From Phallusia mammillata (taxonomy: Eukaryota): 64,000 nucleotides of DNA. The notes beneath the pieces were generated by a model. The model had not been told where the DNA came from. It did no database searches and saw nothing but the letters and a program-made list of their open reading frames with translations. Shown one piece after another: positions 39,501-49,626 of the stretch. The translations under genes were made by a program, and so were the position numbers. The first letter of the stretch is position 1. The number at the start of each line of letters is the position of its first letter. Location: contig OZ281501.1 of the NCBI GenBank assembly GCA_965637545.1, positions 2,604,001 to 2,668,000 of the forward strand. Direction: 5' to 3'.

Positions 39501-39563
39501 CTCTCTGTCGCCGTTGCGTGGCTGACGTATTGGCTCGCGACAAAAACATTACCTGTCACGTGA
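558..39563 (+). CDS. RECK: Reversion-inducing cysteine-rich protein with Kazal motifs; 22 coding exons, 999 aa (signal peptide, 5 CC domains, cysteine-rich region, Kazal motifs, GPI signal)
   Basis: Exons, all GT-AG and phase-compatible: 558-645, 1039-1097, 2261-2344, 6096-6129, 22398-22474, 28339-28430, 29133-29317, 31507-31766, 32117-32219, 33169-33292, 33665-33814, 34129-34265, 34598-34735, 35108-35296, 35502-35624, 35815-35986, 36425-36593, 37192-37341, 37588-37723, 38186-38353, 38855-38997, 39345-39563 (sum 3000 nt). RECK hallmarks: PHCCRYASHNERCQDTCIQ, WVGQKCCE, FCTNFNNRPTELFR, CEPEKWKMVAC, PVCGADGRTYPSLC, VEACSREAERL..LINS.SPTL, and a hydrophobic C-terminus. Confidence 0.95.
1938..2063 (+). 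repeat. Dispersed repeat, copy 1, headed by a minimal type-I hammerhead ribozyme motif (1939-1976)
   Basis: TCA-CTGATGA-T-GGCAA(GAGCAT)TTGCC-GAA-ACGT-T-TGA followed by AATAAA (1979-1984). Homologous to the copies at 6856-6976 and 10082-10171. Confidence 0.75.
5668..5853. mobile_element. Degenerate MITE, Tc1/pogo(Tigger)-like
   Basis: Inverted TCGGTTAATCCG (5691-5702) and CGGATTAACCGA (5830-5841), with internal variants of the motif. TSD not resolved. Confidence 0.45.
6856..6976 (-). repeat. Dispersed repeat, copy 2, with hammerhead motif (6975-6938)
   Basis: The reverse complement reads ATCACTGATGATGGCATGAGCATTTGCCGAAACGTTTG..GCATGTCGCTTTTTACGTCTATTT..TTATGAACAGATCCGTATATAG, about 85-90% identical to copy 1 by eye. 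Confidence 0.8.
10082..10171 (-). repeat. Dispersed repeat, copy 3, degenerate hammerhead core
   Basis: The reverse complement reads CTGATAATGGCATATGCATTTTCCGAAACATCAAAACAATAAAGCATGTCGCTTTTTAC; core G8 and helix II are mutated. Confidence 0.7.
12349..12365 (+). promoter_or_regulatory. CTCF-like binding motif in RECK intron 4
   Basis: TGGCCGCTAGTGGGCAC matches the CTCF core consensus TGGCCRCYAGNKGGCRC. Motif match only. Confidence 0.4.
25295..25585. mobile_element. Truncated hAT-like MITE
   Basis: Left end CAGTGGTTCTCAAC and internal GGACCAC(C) repeats; right TIR not found. Confidence 0.4.
28538..28716. mobile_element. hAT-type MITE, 179 bp, family A
   Basis: Imperfect TIRs CAGTGGTGGGATT / AATCACATCACTG; perfect 8-bp TSD CAATCATA (28530-28537, 28717-28724); homologous to 43959-44137. 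Confidence 0.85.
28838..29074. mobile_element. hAT/Charlie-like MITE
   Basis: TIRs CAGTGGTTCTCACC / GTTGAGAATCACTA; 8-bp TSD GTCAAACG/GTCAAAAG (7/8 match). Confidence 0.75.
32501..32700 (-). mobile_element. tRNA-derived SINE-like element in RECK intron 9
   Basis: Pol III B-box GGTTCAAATCC on the minus strand (32669-32659), followed by a GC-rich body in an otherwise AT-rich intron. Confidence 0.5.
35638..35756 (+). repeat. Dispersed ~125-bp repeat (second copy inverted at 45601-45728)
   Basis: CAGGTTTTTTTTTAAAGTTTGGTTTGGGTGACCGCTAAGTAGTTTTAAGAGACCGCAAGTG..GGAAACCGCTGGAGAAAT is near-identical to the reverse complement of the PHB1 intron 2 copy. Confidence 0.85.
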
Positions 39564-41074
39564 TGACTATTGTTTACGTCACAAAGGTGCTTAAACACGT
39601 GGAGTCTCGACACAGACTTTTCGGAGGTGGATTCGCTACAGCGAGTGATATAAGATGTCGATAGATTTTGTGTTGGCAAGTTAAGACGTTTTTTTGTTTC
39701 TATATTTATCTAACTTTTCAACGGTTTTAGGTGCACTTACGTTGACAAAAACACAACACAATATTTCACAAATGCAGTTCTGCGTTTTGGTTTTGCCCTT
39801 TTTACCGTCCAGCAATCGACAAAATGTATACCGAGGCGTCAACAGTTGTTTTTCTACCTGAAATATTTATATATATTTCCTTCTTACACTGTGTTGTGTT
39901 TCTTTTATTTTAATTTTTCACGTTTTTTTTGCCCGTTCCTTTGTTTTTCTTTTGTAACCTCATGCGCCAAAAACGTCGATGAAAAAATCCTTCTAAACTA
40001 ACATCTGACGAAATACACCAACTGATCAACACAAATGCCAAATAAATAGGTTACTACCATCCTAAACGAATCAACCAAGAATCTGCCTAAAATGTTCCAA
40101 CTATCGATAGCTATATGTTCATTATTGTTATTTTTTGCGATGTTCTTTTTGATAGATCGTTGTTTTCCGTCGTTTTTTACGTACTTGTTATTTGTAGATG
40201 ATTTTCACTAAATGCACAGTTTGCTCCACTGCCGCTGTGCCCGTGTTTTTGAATTCAACAAAGATGCGTGTATCTAAATTGTAAGTTTTCCAGACTAACA
40301 GTGATTTCAGGGTTATGCCAAGTGAAAAGGACAGATAACCGAATCACAATACACAAATTATTCCGACTAATAAGGCATAAAATACCAGCAGTTTAAAAAA
40401 GGTTAATTATTCCACATATGTATGGATTTGGGAACCATCAAAAACTTCAAAAGATTTTAAAAAAACAACTAAAGTAGCACTTTGTCTAGATTTAGAACCT
40501 GGGTACAATAATAAAGTTGATGGGTTTACACTGATGTTCTGTAACTTGCTGTTGTAAGAAAGTGTAGAGCAGTGGTTCCAAACGTTTAGAAGGCCTTCGT
40601 CTCCCAACATAATTTTAAGTTTATGCAGCACATGCGGTTTCCTAGAATATCCTCCAGTCAGACTTATTCAGCTGTAATTACTGGGTGACACGAAGAAAAG
40701 AACTAAAAAAGGTTATGTAGACTCAGAAAAAACTTACATCCGTAAAATTTAAAAATGATAGTCCCTGGTTTCAATGATAATGTATTGAGATATGCGTTAA
40801 TGCTGTTTGTTTTTATAATAGCGTTTGTTATGTATGTTTTTACACACACAACACAATAAGTCCATTGTTCAAATGAACCCAATTGAAAAGAGTTTATTGG
40901 CGAGTTCGACAATCTTTCTGACAAAACAATTGATAAGATTGAATTACTATTCACCAGACAATAGACTGACTGTTCATCGAAACAGATCAACATTCAGTCG
41001 TTTTCCAGTCAGCTGATATAACGTTTCAAAAACCTTCATCTAAAAACTAGGCAGTGCACAGCTGGGAACTTAAA

Positions 41075-43295
41075 ATGGGCTGTTTCGGTTCCAAAAGTCA
41101 GGTAGAAACAGCGGTTATTCCGCAAGAAAGTGGAATTGTTGGTAACAGGCAAAATAGTGCTAGTTCACAAGACAGTGGAATTGGTCTGTCCTGTCCAAAT
41201 CAGTCGTCTACTGGAGTTTTCACAGAATCTGAAGCAGTCCAAGGTCGTAACAGAAAAGGTTGGTAAAAAGAGATGGGTATTTTAAACTTTAGTAAGATTT
41301 GCTTTTAAAATCTTTGAAGACGAAACAAATTAATGTTAGAGAAGTATAATCATGAAAAAATTGATACATGCCTGACCAAAAGTTTAGATAAAACTGCACA
41401 GCCCACTGTTAAGCAAGAAACAACCTCAAAAAACCGTTTTTGTTGTATGGAACCTTAAATGCACTAAAACGTAGAAAATATCAAAACTATTTTGTTTCAT
41501 AAAGTCTCAGTACGTAATTTTTCATCTTTTATCGATTCTTATTTCATGTAGGAATTGCATTTGACATAACCGTTTCCAGAAAAGGAATAATCCAACAGCA
41601 CCCTCCAAAAAGACAATCAGTAAGTGTTTAGTAAAAACCATCATCACATTTACTTACAGTACATACAATATATCAAAAACATTTATTTCACAGTCCGGAT
41701 TAAGAGACAGGTCCGCGGGCAGTCGTTCAAATCGACTTCCATCTATTTCTCCCCAGCGGAAAGCAAAACCTCCGGCGAAATTGCTACAGCGAGAAACTCC
41801 GAAACAAATTAGCGCAGAAGACGTACGATTATTATTTTTTTATCTTTAAAATGTTTTTTTTTAAATAATGGTGAAGTATTGACGGGGACTTGGTACATAC
41901 AAATGATATACTGGGCCGCCAGGACAGCTGCGTTTCATGGGACATTACAATGCGACGTACTGGTGCTGAACAGTGTTTTGTTTCGTGGTCTCCTGTGTAA
42001 CTTGGTGCATTTTCTAGCTATGTTGCTTTGGACGAACGCTCCGACGGGCGCGAACCATACACAGACATAAAAACTTGACCGAAATCATCTCCGGGGGCGT
42101 CCTGGGTTCGAACCCCGTGCGTTGTTTTGACCTGAGTTGTAAACGGGCCAGAAAATTGGGCCCGAAACACGAATCGTTTTTGAGAAGCCCGTTTACACCA
42201 GACATTTTTTTTGACAAGCCTATATACATTGAAACCTCAGGAAAGACCAAAACAACAAACACAGCAGACAATTGGTCTTGAACAAGGCGTTTTAGGGCGC
42301 AAGGCGTGGATCATATCAAGCTAGTGTACTGCCATGCACCCGCAGTTTTGTTACCCATTGCTTTAAAAAAAACGCACGATGTAATTTCGACGCATTGTAT
42401 ACAATCTCATAGTTATGTCTAAAATACTTTTTTTGCAGCTCAAGCGTAAACAGGAAGAGGCTAAACGCAAACGAGAAATGGACAGACTAGCAACGATTGC
42501 AAGACTTCATCGGAGAGATCTACGGGCGCAGAAGATTCAAGAAAGAGTGAGAAAGCATTGGAGTTTATGCTAGAATAGCTTTGCTAGCAACGAGCAGGCT
42601 AATTGAGTTTTTAACCGACAGTTTCGTGTTGATTATTTTGCAGCGAAATCAGGACATATGGGGAAACGAAACAGACGAAGATTTGAGCGACGTCGATGAA
42701 ACCTTTAACAATGATGACAGTAAGAACCCCTTGTTTTTTTTAGTAAACATAAGGTTCATTATAGTCTTCATCCACCAAGCAACGAGATTCTAGTTTAAAA
42801 GTATACAGTATTGTTTTTTCGTGACCAAGGCTTGATTAACCAATAGGCAATGATAACTGATAAACAGAGATAATGAATGGAAACATCCTAGATTTTAACA
42901 TAGTTACGAAATGTCTCTAGCTTTCATACAAGGTGTTGTAACAAACATCAAATACCTTTTAACGGACTAGGAATCCAATGCATTCCTCAGTGTTAAAACT
43001 TACCTGTTAAATGCGCAACTTTGCACTTGTTACCCAATTTAACATTCCTGTGAGTTCAGAGCTATGCTATAGTTCTGAGCTGGCACAAACATGTCGAAAT
43101 GAGCTGATTTGGTAATAAAATGTTGCCAAAATATGCACGAATTATTATAGCTTTTGTTGCACTCTTATAAACAATGAAGTTAACCAAACAAGTAGAAACC
43201 TAACTTCAAGTCTAATGTGTGATACTTCGGCAGATTTTGGTTGGGATGATGAAAAATCACACAAGATTGCAAATCAGACAGAAGATGGATGGTGA
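41075..43295 (+). CDS. STMND1/CCDC198-like coiled-coil protein, 208 aa, 6 exons, N-terminal MGC lipidation motif
   Basis: Exons 41075-41258, 41552-41619, 41694-41822, 42439-42546, 42644-42719, 43234-43295 (627 nt, phase-compatible). MGCFGSK start; IAFDI..GIIQQHPPKR resembles CCDC198 YFDI..IIKRHPPQR; KPPAKL..ISAEDLKRKQEEAKRKRE resembles the stathmin-like helix of STMND1. The gene model is solid; the family call is from memory. Confidence 0.7.
42028..42119 (+). repeat. tRNA-derived repeat, copy 1
   Basis: Degenerate A-box, B-box GGTTCGAACCC; aligns with the minus-strand copy at 48040-48134 (about 70% by eye). Confidence 0.7.
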
Positions 43296-43732
43296 CAAAA
43301 GTGAAGCATCCAAGAGAATAGACGAAGCACAAGTAAACGAGATGAGCTAACACGAAGCTTGTGTCTTCGGAGAAAAATGTAAAAACACCAGGCAAGGATT
43401 GACTGGCTATTACAGACCTTGGCTTAACAGTTTTGTACTGTTATAAGCACCAGCACTACACTGCCTAGTAGTTCTAAAATTACAACAAAGTCCTTGCAGA
43501 TTCAAAACATTGCGATGCTATATAATATTGGCTCCGATTTTTTTGTTGAGAGTATTCAGAGCCATGCGTGGTATACCCTTGCCCATTTTTTGTTACATAA
43601 TTGACATTTTTTTATTTAACATTTTGCCTGCAACAATTATGAATACAAAGTGGGGGTAGATGTTGCAGAATAAATGGTGTTTGCAACTCAACTAAGTTCA
43701 GGTCTTTGGACAATGTTTTTCAATTCCTTGCA

Positions 43733-46339
43733 TCACTGGTTTGGATTCAGAGAAAGTAAAACGTTTTGACTGTTAGGCAGATAACTGACATTTCGTGATT
43801 TTGACATCAGACCAGCAATTTCTTCAGCAGCTTCCAATTTTCGCAGCTGGATTAAACCCTCTCCAGCTTCAGCTGTGAGCAAAATACACATAATTTGTGT
43901 TAATTTATTTTTCAGAATTTTGTTCAAAAAAACTAAACATTGGCTAATGGATCTTATGCAGTGGTAGGATTCAAATTTTTATTGCCAGCTGGTTTTATTA
44001 CAAAAGTCACATTTTTCAGTCAGTTCTGTTACAAAAAGTCCATTGACAGTAACCAGTAATGCTAACCAGTTCGCTGATCTTATAAAATTCGTGAGGTGGT
44101 TATAGAACTGGTGCAAACCGGCTGAATCTCACAACTGATCTTATGCTCACAAATTTTTCAGACAACCTACCAACAGATTTTGCAATCATTTCAGCAGCTT
44201 TAGCATCTCCCTCAGCGGTTGTAATTGCAGCAATTTTTTGTTGCTCAGCCTGCAATAACATTGCAAAATTTTAAGCAAACTTGTTTTCGGCTTTTTATCA
44301 CTTATTACTGAGTGCTTGGACTCTATAGTTCATGCATTAGCCACTATTTTTTATTAAGCTAGGTTATGTTTTTTTGAATCAACTTTACAGAAAGATGATG
44401 CAATAATTTGGCAGAATAGCCAATAAATTTTGACAAACCGCTGCGCTATGTAAGATATTTCATTGTTTCTGTACAGCTAGCAATTTTCTACTTTTGAGGC
44501 AATGATGACTGGACATAATTAAAGACAATACCTATGTTATTTACTACTAGCCCCTTGGTGGAAACACCATATTGAGGAAAATAACTTTATAATGACTGTT
44601 CTAAAGTAAAAAGGGCAAGGCCACAACACAGAGCATTGTCTAAACTGCTTCATATTGCACAAAAGTTTGCCAACCCTGCTATAGTGTACACAAAATGGGT
44701 AAATACCTTTTCCACAACAAAACGTGCTCTTTCAGCCTCCTGCTGTGCAACTTGTTTCTGTTCAACTGCAGTGGTGAATTCATGTCCGAAAGTCAAATGT
44801 GTCAAAGAAACATCATCCAAAATTAATCCGAATGAATCAGCCCGCTCTGCAAGGTCTTCACTTACCTTGAATGATGAAAAATAAGTAAACAACGAAAGGA
44901 CATGCAAATGCTATGTGGTAAACATACCTGTCTGGATACTGTTTCTCTTTGTGTAATAAGTTCACTGGCATCAAACCGGGCCTATAAAGGATAAAAAAAA
45001 ATTACAGCACAAACAAAACAGAATATTTTTTTCAGTAAAACGAACAAAAAAAGTATGTATCTTTAAGGCTAAAGTAGAACAGGTCATACCACAACTGCTT
45101 TCAAAACTTCATTTGTGATGGAAGGCAAGATTCGTTCATCATAATCTTCTCCGATTGTGGAGAAAATTCCAGGAAGTTTTGATGGTTTTGGTCGGAAGAG
45201 AATTCGCAAAGTAATGTGCACATTCTGCAAATCTGGAATAAAAAAGTGTAAAATGTGAGCTTTTTGATGGATTAAAGAACTTGGTTACAAAAAACTTTAT
45301 TTGCTTTAAAGCTGCTCTCTGCATTACAAAATCCAAAACATTATTTAACACGTACATTTATATTGGCAAAAATTCTTATTTATTGTGATATATGGATATT
45401 ATTTAAAATAGACATTAACGGCGCCCAATTGCTAAGTTATCAGTAGAAAAAGCTTTAAACACAAAGGATTAGGGTTGTGACCACAATATAACTTTGTACT
45501 AATTTATAGCGCTGTTGCTCTAAATCAGTTAAATTTAAAAGGTTCAATAATTTTTTGAGTCTTTTGTCTTTACACTGAAAATATAAAATACCTACAATCA
45601 ATTTCTCCAGCGGTTTCCCAAAATTTGGACTTGCAACTACAACTACAGCTTTTGGTATTTAAATGAAACACTTGCGGTCTCTTAAAACTACTTAGCGGTC
45701 ACCCAAACCAAACCTTAAAAAAAACCTGCCTACAATCAGATAAGCAATATGACAGTATTTTTAATGATTTTCACATTTTAGATAGCATTAAATACTTCGA
45801 ATTTTGCTTTTGATTAACAGAAGGAAACTACAAGACAGCCTTTACCTTTCGAACCAGTTACAACAGGGATATTTCTTGGTTGAGCTTTGCAATCAAATAT
45901 GATTGGTTTTTGAATGAGTGGAATAAGAAAATGTGTTCCTTCATCACTGACTGTTTGTTTGACTCCAGAGAAGCGATCAAAAATTACACCTCGACACCCA
46001 GCATCAACTGTAAAATGACAAAACATAAAAATCATTAATATTTAAAAATTGGCACACAATTTTTGTTTAAACCTTAAACACAAATTATTTTTTAAATATG
46101 AGTACATATTTGATTTTGACATAAAATTGAGTCGGATTTTTTATAAGATTCAAACACATTGTCTCCACTGTTAGGAATAATCTAGGTTTTAGTCTCAACA
46201 AGATTGGAAGAAAAATTGAAACGACCTTTTATATAGTTTACACTTTACACTTACCGTTATAAAGTGCAGAATTGACAATTCCTCCAGCAACTGCTAATCC
46301 CAAACCAAGCTTGGTTAATCTTGACATAAGAGCCTCCAT
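43733..46339 (-). CDS. PHB1: Prohibitin 1, 273 aa, 7 exons
   Basis: Exons (minus): 46255-46339, 45846-46007, 45090-45232, 44928-44981, 44707-44865, 44171-44249, 43733-43872 (822 nt). [49 protein letters not shown] and [11 protein letters not shown] match prohibitin. Confidence 0.96.
43959..44137. mobile_element. hAT-type MITE, 179 bp, family A (PHB1 intron 6)
   Basis: TIRs CAGTGGTAGGATTC / GAATCTCACAACTG; perfect 8-bp TSD ATCTTATG (43951-43958, 44138-44145). Confidence 0.85.
45601..45728 (-). mobile_element. 128-bp insertion flanked by a 10-bp direct repeat
   Basis: CCTACAATCA at 45591-45600 and 45729-45738; the body is homologous to 35638-35756; no TIRs visible. Confidence 0.7.
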
Positions 46340-46982
46340 ACTTGTGTCCTTGCTACTAGATTTGCTTTAATTAATAGCAATAGCAAAGAACTTCAATAAT
46401 AATAATAATATTGTATACGCTTTGCTTCGTGCAAAATCACCGAAAATACTATAGTAAACGCACGAAAAACTTAAAAATTAGAATTACCCAAAGACCAAAT
46501 TTAAGTAATAAAAAGTGTATAGCTAGTTTATAACAAAGTAGATTTCTCACCAACTTGAAACACTAAAAATGCAAGCTACAAATTAAAGACACAAAAACAA
46601 AACATTGTAGGTTTTGCAAACTCATGTACAATTTCCACGTGATTGCATAAGCATGAACAGGAAAACAATCCACAACGGCGCAGTGTGTTTTAGTACTTTG
46701 TTGATCTGGATTTAACGGTTCATTTTCGGCGTAAAATTACATTAAAATTACGAAACAGTTTTTACGCCAAAGATCGGATCGTCATAGGTATGTGTTTTAC
46801 TACAAACTACGTCAAAACAGACGCTTTTAACGTATGTGAACAGTCTGTAAAGATAACGCTGGTATTACAAACCGGAAAATGACGATTTTTGTTACTTTGT
46901 GTCGTAATATTTTTGGCGTACAAAAGGCAACACAAATTGTACGCCTGAAAATATCAAATGATTTTAGTCGAGTTGCAAAGTT
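46340..46982. promoter_or_regulatory. Putative bidirectional promoter, PHB1 / UBE2D-like
   Basis: Head-to-head ATGs about 640 bp apart, with a locally CpG-richer spacer. Confidence 0.5.
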
Positions 46983-47471
46983 ATGAGCCAGTCTAATCGC
47001 ATGTCAACTGCATATCGTAGAATAACGAAGGAGTTGCAACTTATGCGAGAAAGCCCAGACACAGAAATCTACGCAAATCCAACACAAAATGATGACTTAC
47101 TCAACTGGACAGCAACCATAAAAGGCCCGGCTGATACCCCATACGAAGGTGGTCTATTTCACGTTTCAATTGCTTTAGCAGTTACTTATCCGTTTACGCC
47201 TCCAAAAGTGCGTTTCACGACGCCTATTTTTCATCCGAATATCAGCTCAGATGGAAGAATTTGCTTGGACATTTTGACCACGACCTGGTCGCCGGCTTTG
47301 ACAATCTCAAAAGTTTTAATGTCAGTACTCTCATTGATGTCCGACCCTAACGTGAATGACCCGTTAGTGTTTAGAGTGGCCGAAATGTACCGGTCAGACC
47401 ACGAAAAATTTCAAGCTCAAGCAAAAAATTGGACGAAAAAGTACGCTATATCAAAGTCTGTCCAAAAGTGA
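46983..47471 (+). CDS. Intronless ubiquitin-conjugating enzyme E2, divergent UBE2D/Ubc4-like paralog, 162 aa
   Basis: Single ORF with GP.DTPYEGG.F, YPFTPPKVRFTTPIFHPNI (HPN motif), catalytic Cys in GRICLDIL, and WSPALTISKVL. The exact ortholog cannot be assigned. Confidence 0.92.
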   Translation: MSQSNRMSTAYRRITKELQLMRESPDTEIYANPTQNDDLLNWTATIKGPADTPYEGGLFHVSIALAVTYPFTPPKVRFTTPIFHPNISSDGRICLDILTTTWSPALTISKVLMSVLSLMSDPNVNDPLVFRVAEMYRSDHEKFQAQAKNWTKKYAISKSVQK

Positions 47472-48039
47472 CAGAATCTTTTGCATAAGATGGAAATAGT
47501 ATGTTGAAGGACGGATAAGGACGTTTGTGCAAATGATTGTACGCGTTACGACTCAAAATTTTTCTGTACCTGCTTTGTACCAATTTTATTTGGTGTGTTT
47601 TTCTGTTTTAGCGTATTATTGTCATCTGTGAACCTATGCATCTTAAAAAGTGCTGTAAACATGTTTTTTAATACAGTGCGCTCCCATCAAAACGAAGTCT
47701 TTTAAAAGTTTTCTGCTTTTTACGTTTATGTAAAAAATGCGTTTTTTCAATATCAACGGTGTACTGTGAGGTGCTTCTGTGTGACGAAATGTACTTTCAT
47801 TGATGACAAAAAGCTTGTCAAATTAATTCAAATGACGACATTTGCGTCATGATACGCACTTTGTGGTAACCAACGTCAAACATTTTGTCATTTTTTTTAC
47901 GATTTTCTTACCTGACGGGTGAACCCTTCTGAAATGCTCATTATTGCTTTAGTTTAAGACTAACATTTTTTATCTGCATCGGATTTTATGTTAAACATAG
48001 TTAATAGAATTCAAACATTTCATTAAACTCCTTTTTTTT

Positions 48040-48134
48040 CACGGGGTTCGAACCCAGGACTCTCCCGGGGACGAATCCCGATCAGGGTTTTTTATGTCTG
48101 TATATGGGTCAGGCGCGCCGGACCATTCGGCCAA
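48040..48134 (-). repeat. tRNA-derived repeat or pseudogene, copy 2 (Leu/Ser class-II-like)
   Basis: A-box TGGCCGAATGG, B-box GGTTCGAACCC, anticodon-like stem CCTGA/TCGGG with a ~20-nt insert. The acceptor stem cannot pair, so it is not a functional tRNA. Confidence 0.7.
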
Positions 48135-48584
48135 GTTCCTGCCCCCTTTTATTTGAGCAAATTTGCTCTAATCCTCTACCACCTCTGACGTCTAAATTAA
48201 TCTCAGCGTTCCCAACTTACAGCAAACGTCCCCAAAGTGACGCTATCGCCTAGTTTTATGAACCACGGCTGTGGGCAAAGGAGCAATGACATAATTGAAC
48301 GAGCTGTACATGACACAATTTTTACGAAGGCATTTTTACAGTGTAAAAGATACTGTAGTCAATATTGTGTTGGTGTATAAAAAATGTAGCTAATCTTAAA
48401 GCAATCTTGACCTCAAAACACTTTTTTCTGTACACAGTAGTGAAAGTTTATGCACCAAATCAATGCCTGTAAGTACTTCAGAATCTGGCTAAAAATACCC
48501 CCTAATATGTAAACACATCATTGCCATGGTTTATGTAATAGAACTGGCACACTTTGAACAATTAAATTACACAGAAATTTTGAA

Positions 48585-49625
48585 TTACTGAGTATCCATT
48601 TCTTTGTCTTGGGCATTATCCAATTCACGAAGGAATGATCGGCATTTGGTCATTAGAATCTTTATAGACTCAGAAACCAGAACATTGGGTGCTAAACCAA
48701 CAGCGGACTCCACAGAATATATGAAATGGTCCTTGACCTTGCTCAACTTAACTTTGTCTTTTAAATTTGGATGTCTGAACACTTCTCTACTACATGTGTC
48801 CATCCGAGCTGAAACCACATATGCTTCTTCTTCACATTGATCATTTTGCTTGATTCCAATCACACCTGGAGAAAAACAGCTTTGCAACTCCTTGACATCG
48901 TCACCAGTAATTTTGCTGAGTAGTTTAATTTCTGGCAGCAATCTGTATGATGCAGTGGCGACAGGTGAAAACTTGGCATGGTCACGGCCCAATCCTTTGA
49001 CTGCTTGCATTTTGACATCAATCTCATGGCCTGGACGAAGTTTGGCAATAAGTATGTCATCATGGACTGGTTTTACACAAGACACATCACTTTGGTTGCC
49101 TTTAGGTATCCACACAATGTCACCAGAAAACACTTTGTGATGTTTGTACATCACATTAGGATCAGTTGCATCTTTCGGTGCAGATGGATTTTTGGTGCAC
49201 TTTATGTTAAGTTCAAGATCTAGTGTGTCCTCTGCTGTTCCTTCAAGGTCATCTGTTTGCCGAAACTCAAACAAGCGAGCATCAACGTCAAGAGGAATTA
49301 ATCCCAATCTGTGCGCCAATACTTCATCTTGAATTACACTGGTGTTATTGTACAAAAACACTTTTTCAATAGCCATTGTTGGAACTTCTGCAATTAAAAT
49401 TCTTCTGAAGGCATTAGCAATAGATGCATCGATTCCAATCATGTCAAACTGCATTTCCTTGTCATCTATTGAAATTATTTTCACTCGAAAATTAGAAATA
49501 AATTTTCTGGAATCCCAAGCATCATTGTAACCACTGTAACTTCCAGGAAAATCTGTTGTATGAACATTGCTGAGACCCTGTTCATTTAAAGTAAGCCGCG
49601 TTCGCATCTCTTCAATGTGATACAT
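48585..49625 (-). CDS. POLR1C: RNA polymerases I and III shared subunit RPAC1/RPC40, intronless, 346 aa
   Basis: [11 protein letters not shown] aligns with the human N-terminus [51 protein letters not shown] and [17 protein letters not shown] are present. The ATG at 49625-49623 gives an ortholog-like length. Confidence 0.96.
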   Translation of the reverse strand: MYHIEEMRTRLTLNEQGLSNVHTTDFPGSYSGYNDAWDSRKFISNFRVKIISIDDKEMQFDMIGIDASIANAFRRILIAEVPTMAIEKVFLYNNTSVIQDEVLAHRLGLIPLDVDARLFEFRQTDDLEGTAEDTLDLELNIKCTKNPSAPKDATDPNVMYKHHKVFSGDIVWIPKGNQSDVSCVKPVHDDILIAKLRPGHEIDVKMQAVKGLGRDHAKFSPVATASYRLLPEIKLLSKITGDDVKELQSCFSPGVIGIKQNDQCEEEAYVVSARMDTCSREVFRHPNLKDKVKLSKVKDHFIYSVESAVGLAPNVLVSESIKILMTKCRSFLRELDNAQDKEMDTQ

Positions 49626-49626
49626 T

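Noticed and set aside
43057-43085. 13-bp hairpin with G-U pairs in the STMND1-like intron 5
   Set aside because: Too short, single copy, no functional hallmark.
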